DNA of 64,000 nt from the NCBI GenBank assembly GCA_976551045.1, contig CDPCPM010000037.1, positions 6,696,001 to 6,760,000 of the forward strand, written 5' to 3'. Of the stretch, positions 1 through 12,413 are shown piece by piece. Position 1 is the stretch's first letter. The number at the start of each line of letters is the position of its first letter. Under the pieces are notes generated by a model. That model saw only the letters and a list, made by a program, of their open reading frames with translations. It did not search any database and had not been told where the DNA came from. A program made the position numbers and the translations under genes. This DNA is from Glaucostegus cemiculus (Eukaryota).

Positions 1-1569
1 CTGGCCTATCTCACTGGATGTACAGTGGGTATGGCAGGTTGGGTCATTAGGTACTCTGTATCTAGAAAAGGTTAATGCAGGTGGCGGGATGGGGTCGTGG
101 AGGGGGTGGAGTGCGTCGGAGGCTAGTGGGGAGGAATGGAGTGGAGAACAGGGGTGTGGTGTGTGGTATAGTGTGAGGGGTAGGGCTAGATTTCAGCTTC
201 AGGATGATTTGACTCACTAGCTAATGGGAGAAATATAAAATACCAACTGGAAATTTGTTCATTTGGTGACCAACCTACAGGGTTTGACTGCAAATTGACA
301 ACAAATACATTTTCTAATCCATCAAAGGCTTTTTCTGGAACTGGCGAAATCAACACTGGAAGTTGTAGGGATTAATTTTCAAGCTTCATCCAGAAATTTA
401 AACTTGAAAGTGAAAAATGTTGCTATACAATAACCAAATGAAAATGACTTAGCCATCTCTGTATTTTTACCTTTTCAATTAAAATGTAAGTCATTTCTTG
501 CTTTATCCCTTTATCAATTTCAAATTTCAGACATTTTTCCTTATTGTCTACATTCAATAAATTAATCTTTTGAAAAATTACATTGCCAGCAAAATTTAAT
601 TCACATTTAATGCAACCCTGTTGAGATTTTATTATGCCATTTTTTAAAAACTATTCAGGAAACCATCAAACTTTATCAAAAGTTTAAAAAAGGCTGACTT
701 TTCTTCAGTGTTAATTGCACATAAGCCAAAGTAATCAAGTATCTAAAATAAGGTGCTGAATATTATTGCAGAGCAATGTTGGATCACATGACACAACTTA
801 GTGACAAGTCCTTTCAAGTCTCAGTAAAGAATTATTCTTTGAATATCTCAAAGTGGTATGAACTGTAAGCAGTGCAGGATAATTCTACATTGTCATAGCT
901 TATTTTGAATGGACTTATAAGGATGCTGCAGGTCAAATTCACATGATGACCTTAAAGATACTTTCTTGTTCCATTTTATAAAGTTAAAAATAATTCCTGG
1001 AACATTAGCCCCTTGTCAAATCACAGGCAACTTTTTATCAGGACAGCCATTCATACATCAGCAGCTTTGATACTGATGAATGTCATCAAAACAAACATTT
1101 ACATTTAATGCAATCTGCCTAACAACAAGCAATGTGATGACCCTAATAAAGAAGTCACAGATCCAGAAAGAAATGGCTCAGAAGCTATTAAATTGTTGCT
1201 TGTTAATATTGATGTATGAACATAGAGTAACTTTGAATGGGCATTCCGATATGGCATTGGTCATTTTGAGTTGGGTGATTCCCTATTTGGTGCAGGCTCT
1301 GAAGATAATGAGGGTCATTTTCAAACACCACCTACGCCAGCTGGCTCCAGTAATGTAATGTAACAGATGATCCTCACACTATACAATACTCCCAACTTGC
1401 ATTTCTGGCAGGTTATTCCCCTGTAGGTAGAAGCAAAAGATAGCTGAATTAATTTATTTAAAATCATCTTCTCCAAACTCATGTTTCTAAACTTTTTAAA
1501 CTCTTCTCATGTGCATGTACATCCACATCAGAGGTTTTAATTATAAATGCTTCAGAGACTGACAGCAAG

Positions 1570-1888
1570 CAAATAGACTCTTTGTGCACCGTCTGTCCTG
1601 ACCATCAAGCATCCATTTATGCTAATCCCATTTTGTTCTCCTCGCATTCCCATCAACCCCCAGATTCTACCACTCACCTGCACACCAGGGGAACATTTAC
1701 AGTAGCCAATTAGCCTCACAACTCGAACATCTCTGGGATATGGAAGAAACTGGAGTACCTAAAGGAAAACCATGCCATCACAGGGAAAATGTATAAAATC
1801 CTCACAGACAGCACAGAAGGTAAGGATTGTACCTGAACTGTTGGCTGTGAGGAAGCTGCTCTACCAGCTACATTACTGTGCCATCCCA
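1570..1888 (-). mobile_element. Old tRNA-derived V-SINE (HE1-like), CR1-type tail
   Basis: Diverged reverse-strand V-domain (GGAAGAAACTGGAGTACCTAAAGGAAAACCATG) and tRNA-like head (GGATTGTACCTG...CTGTGAGG...ACTGTGCCATCCC); similar to other copies in the window. Confidence 0.75.
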
Positions 1889-4526
1889 AATGGTGAAATA
1901 ATTTGTTTAAAAAAGATGAAATTTATTTTTTTTAAGCAAATATAAACTTCCATCACCAATTGCCTCTGACGAATGGTGGCTACTTCCTGTTATTACTGTA
2001 CACTACGTACTCAATTCCAATATTTTTATCAATTTAAATTAAGTACCTATGTGTTAAATAAGTCCAACAACACAGTAGATGAAAATACAGATTAACTTCA
2101 GCCTAGGAGGTTGAGGCAAACTCTGTGGCACAGGCATAATGCAAAAACAAATAGGTTGTGCTAGAGTAGTCAAAGCCTATGTGAGCCTGCATGATCTAAA
2201 TGGATTGAAAACATTTCAGTCAGTGCATAACCCTAGGTTTGAGAAAAAGCCTTGCTTGAAGAAAGTGAAGAGAATTCTGAAATGGGCATTTAACTCACTT
2301 CAGTCTCTTTATTTGCAAATAAATTTACCACCATTTCATATCATAATAATTGGCCTTGAGCTTCAATGAACTTTGATCACCAATTGCTCATTTTCACTAC
2401 TGTCCAAGACAATTTATAATCAAACTAAAGTAAACTATTTAACATTCTCTGTTAATTGTTGCCTTAGTAAATACAGCAAATGCAAAGACAAGCAAAGGAA
2501 TCTGCCCTCAGTGCCATTTCCTCTGTGTGAGCAAATTGATGGAAAGCTACCAGACCACAAAGGAAAGCAAATGCTCACAAAGAGAAATATATCAAGGCGC
2601 AGTAAGTTATGAAAAAGGAAGGGATGATTCAAAGAGAAGAAGGAAAAAGTAGGGGAATATTCATACAGAAAGAGAAAGGAGGGGAAATTAAACAATAGAA
2701 GAATGAGAATATGTTTTACAATTTTCTTTTACGGATATATAGCTGTTTGAAGTTGAAAACAAAATATCACCAGAATTGTTTGCTAGGTCAGAAAAGTTGT
2801 TGAGTTATTACGATAAGACAATCAATTTTTTTTGAGTTGCAGTTGCAAGCAAAATGAGAGAGAAAAATAAAGTTGTTGTATCTAATATGTGATTCATATT
2901 GGTAGGTAGAAGTCCCTTCTAATCATACAAGTAATTTATTTCAAACAGAACATGAACAAAAATCACTAATCATACCATTTGCAGTGATTTTTTGTACATA
3001 AGAAGAATAGTGATTGCTTATTCTTGTAACCTGATATATACTTTGCTCTGCACTTTTAAAAATCTTTGTATTTTAATTTATCAGCAAACCTATTTACAAT
3101 ACTTGCATTTCTGATAAGCATTTATATAGTTAATTTTAATATATTTTGTTTGGCAAAAAGCACAAACAAAATCTTATTATTGCAAACTATAGATCTGACC
3201 ATGCATGTTTAATTGCTAAAGATTTATCGGCTCCAAAACCTTCTTGCTTTGACTTTTTATAGCAAAGTACAAATGCACCCAAATCTGTATTACATTGCCA
3301 GTATTCCTGGTGTCCGTATTCTATTGGAATCAAAACTGGCACTCCTTCTTAATTAATTCTATTCAGGTTTTTCAATTACTGCACTTAAATCATGAATTTA
3401 AAAGTTTCAAGTTGTCCCATGACTAGCAATTTTAAAAAATACGTAATTTTTGAAACTCATCTTCATCATCTACTCCCACTTTGGCAATTTCAATTAGGGT
3501 AGACAAACATCTGTGAATAAAGGAACTGACATCTCATGTAACCATTAAGGGAGTCCTGATGTTCTTTTTAAATGTTGTAGCCTTTATTAAGAGCTAAAGG
3601 CATTGAACTCCTTTTTCCTGATGAGTTCAAGTTCAATAACAATACAGCAAAGTAACAAAATACATGCAACAAATTGCAGATGAGTACTGTCTAACATTGT
3701 AACATAGCTTTCCTTTGACAAAAAAAAAAGATTAAGTGCCTGGGGTATAGCTTCATTCAGTGACACTTGAGTGCCTTTATAGGATCACATGTTTTAAGTA
3801 TCAGATAGGTAACTAAGAATAGTGATAATTTTTGGATGAAGTAGCTGGGTGAGAACTAATTTCCCGTAAAATCCAATTTATGTTTTCCCTTTGTTCCCTA
3901 ACTGTTACAGTTAGTTGTAGCACTTTTGGAATGGGAACATGGCTTCTCTCCCATGACCACACTTCATAAAGAAATGTAAAACATCAATTAACTATTTTGC
4001 AATTATCTGTTATTGAAGGCCTCAGTAGTAAATAATTGTATCTTAAATTTCACAGGTCTCAAACAGCATATTTAAAAATAATCTAACCATTTGCATTTTT
4101 GGCTGCACAATAGAGTCATCTTAAACTCCAGTCACATAAAAGGTTGATGTTATAGTCTTCCAAAGTGCCATTGCGAGATGCAACTCTCTTAAACAGCCCC
4201 CATTACACAGATTGATATCAAACTCTATTGCCACTTAAATGACAGCAAGGAGATAAAACAACAGCTATAAATACCAAGGAGAACAAAGATAATAGAAATA
4301 ATGACAGAATTCCAGAAGCAATACTTACTGCAATTTTAAGTGTTCAAAATTATGAATATTATTGCTTATGGTTACAATAATAGTGTGAGAAAAATCAGGA
4401 GTCCACAGTAAAGCTCCATTTACAGTTAATTTGCTCTATATCACATAAGTTGATCTGTAAATGAAAGCCAGTGGAATCTAAACCAATCCCTTTGTCCTAT
4501 GTTTGTAATTTCCCAATTGTTGTAGT

Positions 4527-4665
4527 ATCATAGAATACAGAAGTGGGTAATTTAGCTCATTGGGATTGTACTGGCTTTTTCAGAGAACAATAAAATTTGT
4601 TCTACTCCATTGCTCTTTCCTCATACTGCTGCAATTTTTCTTTTCTTGCATTTATCTGATTCCCA
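4527..4665 (-). mobile_element. Highly decayed CR1 3' tail
   Basis: CATAGAA-like start and weak similarity to CR1 3' UTRs elsewhere in the window. Confidence 0.35.
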
Positions 4666-5574
4666 TCTGTGTATCCTATTAGACATTACATTAGATATCT
4701 TAACTATGCTCTATACACTATTCCAACCCTACCTTAAACCTTGTCAGCTTTCCAGCTGAAGGAAATCCAAAAGACTTAAACAGTGAGCTCTATTGGAACA
4801 TTTGTCTAATGTCCACAAATTGCCACAGTTATGACCATGTGGTATAAGCCCAAAAAGAAAACGCACTGGCCACTCAGTCTGGTTAACTTTTGCTTGAATT
4901 ATTTGGATGAATATAGGTCCCACTTAATAAACATCTTTTTAAACTCTAGGACTAGAAATATTACTGCAACTAAAAGCAGGTGTCTGGTGCAAAGTCCATA
5001 CTCCTTGTATCTATGTATTGGTGTTGAGTGGGCTGTTTGTGTGATGCATACTTGGAGTTACTGCTCCTCAGATAGGCAGATAGGGCCATGTTCTTTTCTT
5101 GCCTCTTCTTAGTGCAATTGTTGTTCCCGTTGCACTCATTGCCCAGGCTATGATTAATGGTTGAGGCCTGAACAAGATAAGTTAATCAGTGTTTAACAAG
5201 CCACACTTGTGTATCAGGACTATGCTGCTAAAATCCACCTGAACAGCCCAGACTGTTGAAATGTTACTTCAATGCAACATTTCTTATGCAAACTTTACTC
5301 TTTAGTTGCAGGCATTTTCCTAAATGTGCCTAGGCTTCTGATGAGTGGCATTATCCATATCAAATGGAAGAGCAATCCCATCAGCCCAATTCAACAACTA
5401 TTTTTCTGTAACCTATTCTTTCCCACATCCCAGCCCAATATTCTCCCACTTATCACCCCTGTCCACAGAGCAGCAGAACTTCATAAAGGAGCCCAATAAC
5501 AATACACCCATAATTTGGGTATTAGATACTCTGCAGCATTCACTCTGGGCACACACAGAAGTGGCATCCAATAG

Positions 5575-6716
5575 TCAAGTCAAAAGTCAAAGTTGAGTTT
5601 ATTGTCATATGCACAAGTACATGTATGCACAGGTGCAATGAAAAACAATGAGCAGCATCAGAGGCACATAGCATCAAATAAGTAGCATTCATAAGAAAAA
5701 CATAAATTAAACATACATTATACACAATTTTTACAAGAGAGAACACAATTAGAAAAATAGTAGTGCAAAGTGACCAAAGTGGTTATAGTGTTGCTAAACT
5801 GTAGTGATTAGGGTTTTGCCAGTTGGTTCAAGAAGTGAATGGTTGAAGGGGAGTAGTTGTTCTTGAACCTGGTGGTGTGGGACTTCAGGCTTCTGTTTCT
5901 CCTGTCCAATGGCAGCTGTGAAAAGATGGCATGGTCCGGATGGCGGGGATGTTTGAAGATAGATGTGGCCTTCTTCAGGCAGTGCCTCCTGTAGATACTA
6001 CCAGTGGTGGGGAGGGATGTGCCTGTGATGTATGGGCAGAGTCCACTACTCTCTGCAGCTTCTTATGAGCCTGTTCATTCAAATTGCCTCACCAGACCAT
6101 GATGCAAGCAGTCAGAATAGTTTCAACAGTACATCTGTAGAAATTTGTTTGAGTGTTCAGTGAGAAGCTGAACCTCATTCACCTCCTAAGAAATTAAAGA
6201 TGCTGGCATGCTTTCTTTATGATTGCATCTATGTGGTAGGCCCAGGACAGGTCATCCAATAGTTTAATGCCCAGGAGTTTAAAGTTGTTGACTCTCTTCA
6301 CCACCAATCCCTCCATGCAGACTGGCAAATGTTCAGCCTCCTTCCCCCTCCTGAAGTCAACAATCAGCTCTTTAGTTTTGTTGATGTGGCACCACTCAAC
6401 CAGGTGTCCTATCTTACTCTGGTACGCTGACTCATCGCCACCTGTGATTCGTCCAACAACAGTAGCGTCGTCAGCGAATTTGAAGATGGCATTGGAACTG
6501 TGCTTAGCCACACATACATGTGTGTGTAGAGAGTAGAGCAGGGGGCTAAGCACACAGCCTTGAGGTGCACCTGTGTTGATGATCAGTGAGGAGGATATGT
6601 TGTTACCAATTCTCACTGATTGAGGTCTGTCGGTGAGGAAGTCAACTATCCAGTTGCAGAGGGAGGTACAGAGCCCCAGGTCTTGAAGTTGGATCTTGAA
6701 GCAATATGACAGGTAG
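5575..6716 (-). mobile_element. Rex1/Babar-clade LINE, 5'-truncated (RT C-terminal half plus 3' UTR)
   Basis: ORF 6194-6742(-): [56 protein letters not shown] are typical Rex1/Babar RT motifs; 3' end TGACAATAAAC followed by short tandem tail near 5575-5605. Confidence 0.9.
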
Positions 6717-7549
6717 TACATTGCTGACATTAAAGGATGCATTCATGCATGTGCTACATTGGATGCTTAAATGCCCTGTTTTAGGGGTTTATTATGGGGA
6801 CAGTGCTAACAGATTGCTGATCCACATGTTTTGTAAAATGCCAATTAATCACACTTTAGATGGAAGCCAGCTGGAGGAAATAATTGAAATCTACAATGTG
6901 TGTCTTGACAAAATCTTATGAGAGTTTTATGACATTGTGATAACTCATCATGGTTTTAATATTGATTTGCGGTAATATAATTAGTTGTTCAGAACCATCC
7001 CCTTCACTAATAAACTGTCATCACATTGCTGACGCCTCAAACTGACTGCTAATCTTATCAATGTTTATGTCTGAAATTGCTTTAGTTAATTGTTTGTATC
7101 CAATTGCAAAGCTCTTACTTTGCAGTTTATTTTCTGTCAATCAAAGGAACTTAAAATTGTGATTGTTTGTCAGCTCCCAGATAAAGACTATTTTGCTTGT
7201 TGATTTTGAACAAAATATAGTGATGAATAAAGATGATGTTAAAAAGTGTACATTTAGACTGAGGTAAATGGATGCTGTGTGTATCATGTTCAACAGATTT
7301 TACTACAAATTGTAATTGAAAGTGCTGGTGTTCAGTGACATTTTCCTGCATACATAATTGACAGCATCTTGCACGTACTGAAAATGAGTGTTAGTGGTTC
7401 ACTGATTGATGTTTCTGGCCCTCAGTGGAATGTTTGCTGCTCAACCCATGCCAAACATAAGGGGTAAAATCATCAAAGATGATGGTATTCTCCAATGTAA
7501 TTTGTCCATCATCATTGCCCCCCCACAAATTCTTCCAATTTACAGGTTT

Positions 7550-7834
7550 CGGTTAGCTTAACGCTTTACAGCGCCAGCAACCCAGGTACAATTCCAGATG
7601 CTGTCTGTTAGGAGTTTGTATATACTTCCCGTGTTTGCATGGGTTTCCTCCGGGTGCTCCGGTTTCCTCCCACATTCCAAAGACATATGGTTTAGGAAGT
7701 TGTGGGGACGCTATGTTGGCATTGGAAGTGTGGTGACACTTGAGGGCTGCCCCCAGAACACTAGGCAAAAAAAGCATTTCATTGTGTGTTTCAATGTATA
7801 TGTGACTAATAAAGATCTTATCTTATCTCATCTT
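7550..7834 (+). mobile_element. V-SINE with Rex1/Babar-like 3' tail
   Basis: tRNA-like head, V-domain GGGTTTCCTCCGGGTGCTCCGGTTTCCTCCCACA, tail GCATTTCATTGTGTG...GTGACTAATAAAG plus (ATCTT)n. Confidence 0.9.
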
Positions 7835-8099
7835 CTAGATGCTATAAGGATGCATCTTCTTTTTCCACTCCCTTTACTTACCAGTCCCTAATTTGGCAGC
7901 TCTGTCATATCAGATATTCATGAACTGAAACCTAGTCAGATTGTGAGGAACAGAAGGAAAATACCATTGATGAAATTGCACAGTCATTTAACTTCATACT
8001 TGCAATCACCAGGTCAGCTTCTGAATCCATGTGTGGTTTCAAAGACATGTTAAGACAATAACTGCACATGATGAGATACCAAGCATTAGAGTCCTATAG

Positions 8100-8600
8100 T
8101 TAGGGTAGGAAGTGTGTGACTCACTGGAGAGTGAGGTTGCACATGGGTTCCACAAGAGAGAATGGGGACGAGGATTTCAATCTGACTGAAGAAGGCAGAT
8201 GCGTATGCAGAATTACATCCTTGATGAGAAGGAGGTTCTGCCAGAGATGGAGGAGTATGGTCAGTGAACATTCAGGTCAATGTGGGACTGGGGTTTATGC
8301 TGATTTTGGAACCTATCCTTGCCGTCATGCGAATGGTGACCAGCTCTCTGCATACTAACTAACCCAATCATAAGGCACTGTCTGATAATGATCTTAGAGC
8401 TTCAGCTACAGCACATCACATTCTGCCTCTTTGTTGCAACGAGGAAGTTCAGAATGCTTTCATGTACGTTCAGCTTTCTGTGATCGTGGATTCTACTGTT
8501 TGAAGAACTGTGCAGTGCATTACAACAGTCCAGTAATCCATCGTCCAACAGATCACTAGGATCGTTGTGGGAGGCTGCCTTTTGCGAATGGCAATGTTCA
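8100..8600 (+). pseudogene. Very decayed PIF/Harbinger transposase remnant
   Basis: Collinear cross-frame motifs HMGST (cf. PGSTHD), GVYADFGTYP (cf. LLGDxGYP), FYCL..SALQQS (cf. RFRCLDRSGGALQYS), QITRIVVGGCLL (cf. RVSRIIVVCCVLHN). Confidence 0.45.
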
Positions 8601-8914
8601 AACACACTGTCCCTCTCTTGACATGACAACATTTATCCTCCCTGCTCTTATCAGTCTGCCAATGTCTTTATTGTTATTGGTCAGCCAGTTGCCCATTACT
8701 AGATCCTGCAGTCTAGAGAAGGAACTCCCAGGCCAACAGATGCTCAAGATTGTCCTCCAAGGTTCTTCTACAGTTTCTCCTATTGAAAGTCAATGGCTCT
8801 TCCACCAGCCATGTTTCAATGACTGTGGATCATAACATGAGAACACATGGAAGCAAAAGTACATTGATGACAAGGTGACAGGTTGGCTACTTTATGCAAT
8901 ATGACATAATTTTA

Positions 8915-9369
8915 TGTCATGATTCTGAGTACTGGCCCTTGATTTGGCTCCTTGGATGCCTCGTTGTACAGCACATGGATTCCATGCTGGACTGATTGCA
9001 CCTGAGCCCCATCAGGGGCCTAGCATAAGTACCTGGGTTTCTGTAGCACTAGTTGCCAGAGTATTGGTCAACCTACAAGATTCAGTTTGTGCTGGGATAC
9101 TCAGATCTTGGAGGCAAGATTTCCTTCCAGTGTTGCCTGTGTCCAGTCCTGAGAAAGTATCCTGACTCCAGTCTTGTACCTGTGTGTGTGTTCTCTAGTC
9201 CTGCTTGAAGATTCAGTTTGTGTTGGGATTACTACTCAGATCTCCGAGGCAAGATTTCCTTCTAATGTTGCCTGTGTTTGGTCCTGAGGAAGTATCCTGA
9301 CTCCTGTCTTGTACCAGTGTGCCGCATTTGGGTTCTCTGTGAGCTTGCTCTTCAATCAACATTGTGACA
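8915..9369 (+). mobile_element. Solo LTR (Gypsy-like)
   Basis: Starts TGTCA (8915), ends TGACA (9369); flanked by perfect 5-bp TSD TTTTA (8910-8914 and 9370-9374); internal GCACCTG and GCATTTGGGT motifs resemble fish Gypsy LTRs. Confidence 0.8.
9077..9321. repeat. Tandem direct repeat, period about 131 bp, about 2 copies, inside the solo LTR
   Basis: AAGATTCAGTTTGTG...GTATCCTGACTCC...CTTGTACC occurs starting at 9077 and again at 9208. Confidence 0.95.
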
Positions 9370-9847
9370 TTTTATTAATAAATATTAGTTCGGGAAGTCC
9401 ATTTTAAATTAGCTTTTATTTTTACCTTGTGGGTGAATATATACAATCAGCAACAGAGGAAGGTATGATCTTGTTCTGTTTGTGACTGGGCGCTGGGGTT
9501 GTTAACATCAGCACTGCAGGTTGATGAATCAGTTCCAGACAGCCCAAGCAAAAAAAAACCCTGCCTTTGTCTTCTCAGGTCCCTGATCATTTGCGGCTAT
9601 CTTACAGAGATGACAAAAGCTGTGGCTTTGTAAATGGAATGTGGGCAGCATGGAACACACCACCAAAAGCATTGATAATGACCATGTCGAGTACTATAGG
9701 CCTTCTCCACAGCAGTTTAGGCACTGAAGTAGTTGTTTGAGCAGAGATGTATCAAATTTCTGTGGCAAGATTACTCCTATTGTGTGCATGTTCATTTTGT
9801 GTGCATCTGTTATATACCAGGATCATGAATGTGATATATATTCTTCT

Positions 9848-10178
9848 CACAGCTACTATCAGGCAGGAGGTATAAACGTCTGAAGTCCCACACCACCAGG
9901 TTCAAGACCAGCTACTTCCCTTCAACCATTCGATCTTTGAACCAACCTGCACAACCCTAATCACAGCCTCAGTATAGCAACACTATGACCATTTTGCACT
10001 ACATTAGATTTTGGGTTTTTTTGCTCAAATTGTTTTTCTTGTATAATTTATATTTAATTTATGTTTTTTGTTTGAATATTATGTCTCTAATGCTCTGTGC
10101 CTGTGATGCTGCTGCAAGTTTTTTATTGCACCTGTGCACACATGGACTTGTGCATATGACAATAAACGAAACCTGACA
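9848..10178 (+). mobile_element. Rex1/Babar LINE 3' fragment
   Basis: ACCACCAGGTTCAAGACCAGCTACTTCCC (TTRFKTSYFP) and 3' UTR ending GTGCATATGACAATAAAC; inverted homolog of 5585-5900. Confidence 0.85.
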
Positions 10179-10244
10179 ATAAACTCGACTAGCTTTTAAT
10201 GCTCCTTGAAGAATGGAATGTGGAATGACTTTAGATACATTAAA

Positions 10245-10700
10245 GGTGGCACAGTGAACTACTGCCTCACAACTCCAATAACCTGAGTTCACTCCTGACT
10301 TCTGGTGCTGTCTGTATGGAAGACTTTAAAAACGTTATTTAAAACTTTATTCATACAGCATGGTAACAGGCCCTTACGGCCCAATGAGTCCATGCCGCCG
10401 ATTTACACCCATGTTAACCTGTTAACCCATATGTCTTTGGAATGTGGGAGAAAACCGGAGCACCCGGAGGAAACCCACACAGTCATGGGAAGAAAGTACA
10501 AACTCCTTACAGACAGCGGCGGGAATTGAACTCCAATTGCTGGTGCTGTAATAGTGTTACACTAACTGCTATACCATGGTGCCATGGAATTTACACATTT
10601 TCTCTGTGATCCCATAAAGTTCCCCTGGGTGCTCTGAATTTCTCCACATCCCAAAGTAGGAGAATCAGGGTGGAGTTGATGAGTCAGTGGAGTTGGGAAA
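10245..10700 (+). mobile_element. Older V-SINE interrupted by a nested younger V-SINE
   Basis: Head GGTGGCACAGTG...CTGTCTGTATGGA breaks at 10321 and resumes at 10584 (ATGGAATTTACACATT...CCCTGGGTGCTCTG...CACATCCCAAAG). Confidence 0.75.
10322..10583 (-). mobile_element. Young V-SINE (CR1-type tail), nested
   Basis: Reverse V-domain GGAGAAAACCGGAGCACCCGGAGGAAACCCAC; TSD ATGGAA at 10316-10321 and 10584-10589. Confidence 0.9.
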
Positions 10701-10921
10701 TAATTGGGAAAATGGAATCTTTGGGGTTGTACTGAAACATATAGTCATTATAAACTACATTACACATGGATTCAGTTTTGGTTGACTCTCTTGGTGGCAC
10801 TAGATGGAGTAGGTTGCATCTTGGCACTGTTCCACTCACTTTTTAATTTTTTGTACACCACCCTCTAATAAGACTTTTATAATACTTTTATAAGATTGAT
10901 TTTGATTTTTAATTTCTCAAA

Positions 10922-11730
10922 ATGAACACCAGAGCTAAAAGTGCAGCTGAAAGCAAGAGGAATGAAGACACTCATCTTACTGTGGAAGCTAGTTCTGAAC
11001 TCCTGGATAATAAACTTGATCAGAAATTTTCCACTTTGGAAATGCAGTTAAAGGAGATTGAAGACAGACTAACAACATTTAAACAGGAAAACATTAAACA
11101 ACAGCAATTAATTGCTGAACTGGATGAAGCAGGCAAAGAGGGAGATCGTAGACTGAGTTTACTGGAAAATGATTTAACTGAGACCACCAAATACTGGAAC
11201 AGCAAAGACAGAAGATTATTGATTTAGAAAGCCACAGTCGGAGGAACAATTTGAGGATTATTGGCCTTCGCAAAGATGCTGAAACTGGTAATCCTATTGA
11301 ATTATTTTCCAAACTTCTGATGGATGTGTTTGGCTCTGAAGTTTTCTCTGTATGTCCCATACTTGATCGTGCTCACCGAACATTAAGACCAAAATGCCTG
11401 GCAGAGCAAAAACCACGGCCAGTAATATTGAGATTTCACTATGTGAGTATGAAAGAGCATTTGATTCAAATCGCTCATCATCAAGGAATGATCCAATATA
11501 AAGATTGGAAGTTTCGTCTGGTTGAAGATTACAGCCCAGAAATTATGAAAGAGAGATTGTGTTATAAATTGATTATGTCGTGACTTTATCAAGGGAAGTA
11601 TCAACCTGCATTGCTTTTCCCAGCATGCTGGAGGATGGTACTCCCTGACAAATCACACAAATGGTTTAATTTCGTGAATGAAGCTGAGGAATTTCTCAAA
11701 GATTAACTTTTGATTTCAGATGGTTCATAA
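10922..11730 (+). pseudogene. L1 ORF1p (coiled coil plus RRM/CTD, Transposase_22-like), disrupted
   Basis: Coiled-coil heptads, then DLESHSRRNNLRIIGL, LDRAHR, PRPVILRF, EDYSPE; frameshift near 11200 and internal stop at 11581. Confidence 0.88.
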
Positions 11731-12413
11731 ATGTGCTATTCTTTGATATTTATACCTATTTGGTCTACAAGGTAATAATTAACTTACAGATTTGAACGTT
11801 TTAAGTCTGGAGATCTTTTTTTGTCCTTTGTTAACACTTTTGTGTTTGGTTCTGGAACATGGATACTTATCACGTTTCTATTTTACAATTCTTTTTACCC
11901 TTATATTATTCTATTTTATTATTTTAATGGTTTATTTTTGTAATAATTAAGAATCTGACTGGGTGACTGATTGCCTTTTTTCTTTTGAAATAATAGTAAG
12001 ATTGCATTTTTTAAATGTCGACTGTCAGTATTTTTCACTGTGTAGAATTCTCTCAGCAAACCCGTTTATAATTTCGAAATGCTGTTTGGGTACTTGTATC
12101 TTCATGTTTTGATTACCGGTGGTGTTTTGCACTCCTTTTAACTTGGAGATCTGCCACCAAAAGAGGTGGGGTTAAGAGATTTAGTGAGCAGCATTCTGGC
12201 TGTCTATTGGCCAGTTTTAGGGCTTTTGTGGCTGGGGGGTGGGGCTGTTTTTAGTTTAGTTTTTTTCTTCTTCTGGACTGATTTAAAACTACAAATATGC
12301 CTGAATTGTTCTCTTATCCGGCTCTTCTTTGAACTCTTTTTCCTCTTCCTATTAATAAGTCTCCTGTGCAGTAAGGTTAACCCTTTACATACCATATGTT
12401 TTAGTCTATTAAA

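Noticed and set aside
80-190. G-rich tract with G-quadruplex potential
   Set aside because: Irregular G-runs with long loops at the window edge; no supporting context
2467-2607. Possible exon (TTGCCTTAG acceptor, GCA/GTAAGT donor)
   Set aside because: The open frames resemble no protein I recognise and no partner exons were found; needs RNA-seq
9077-9321. CRISPR-like or satellite array
   Set aside because: Only two long diverged units inside an LTR in a eukaryotic context; no repeat-spacer pattern
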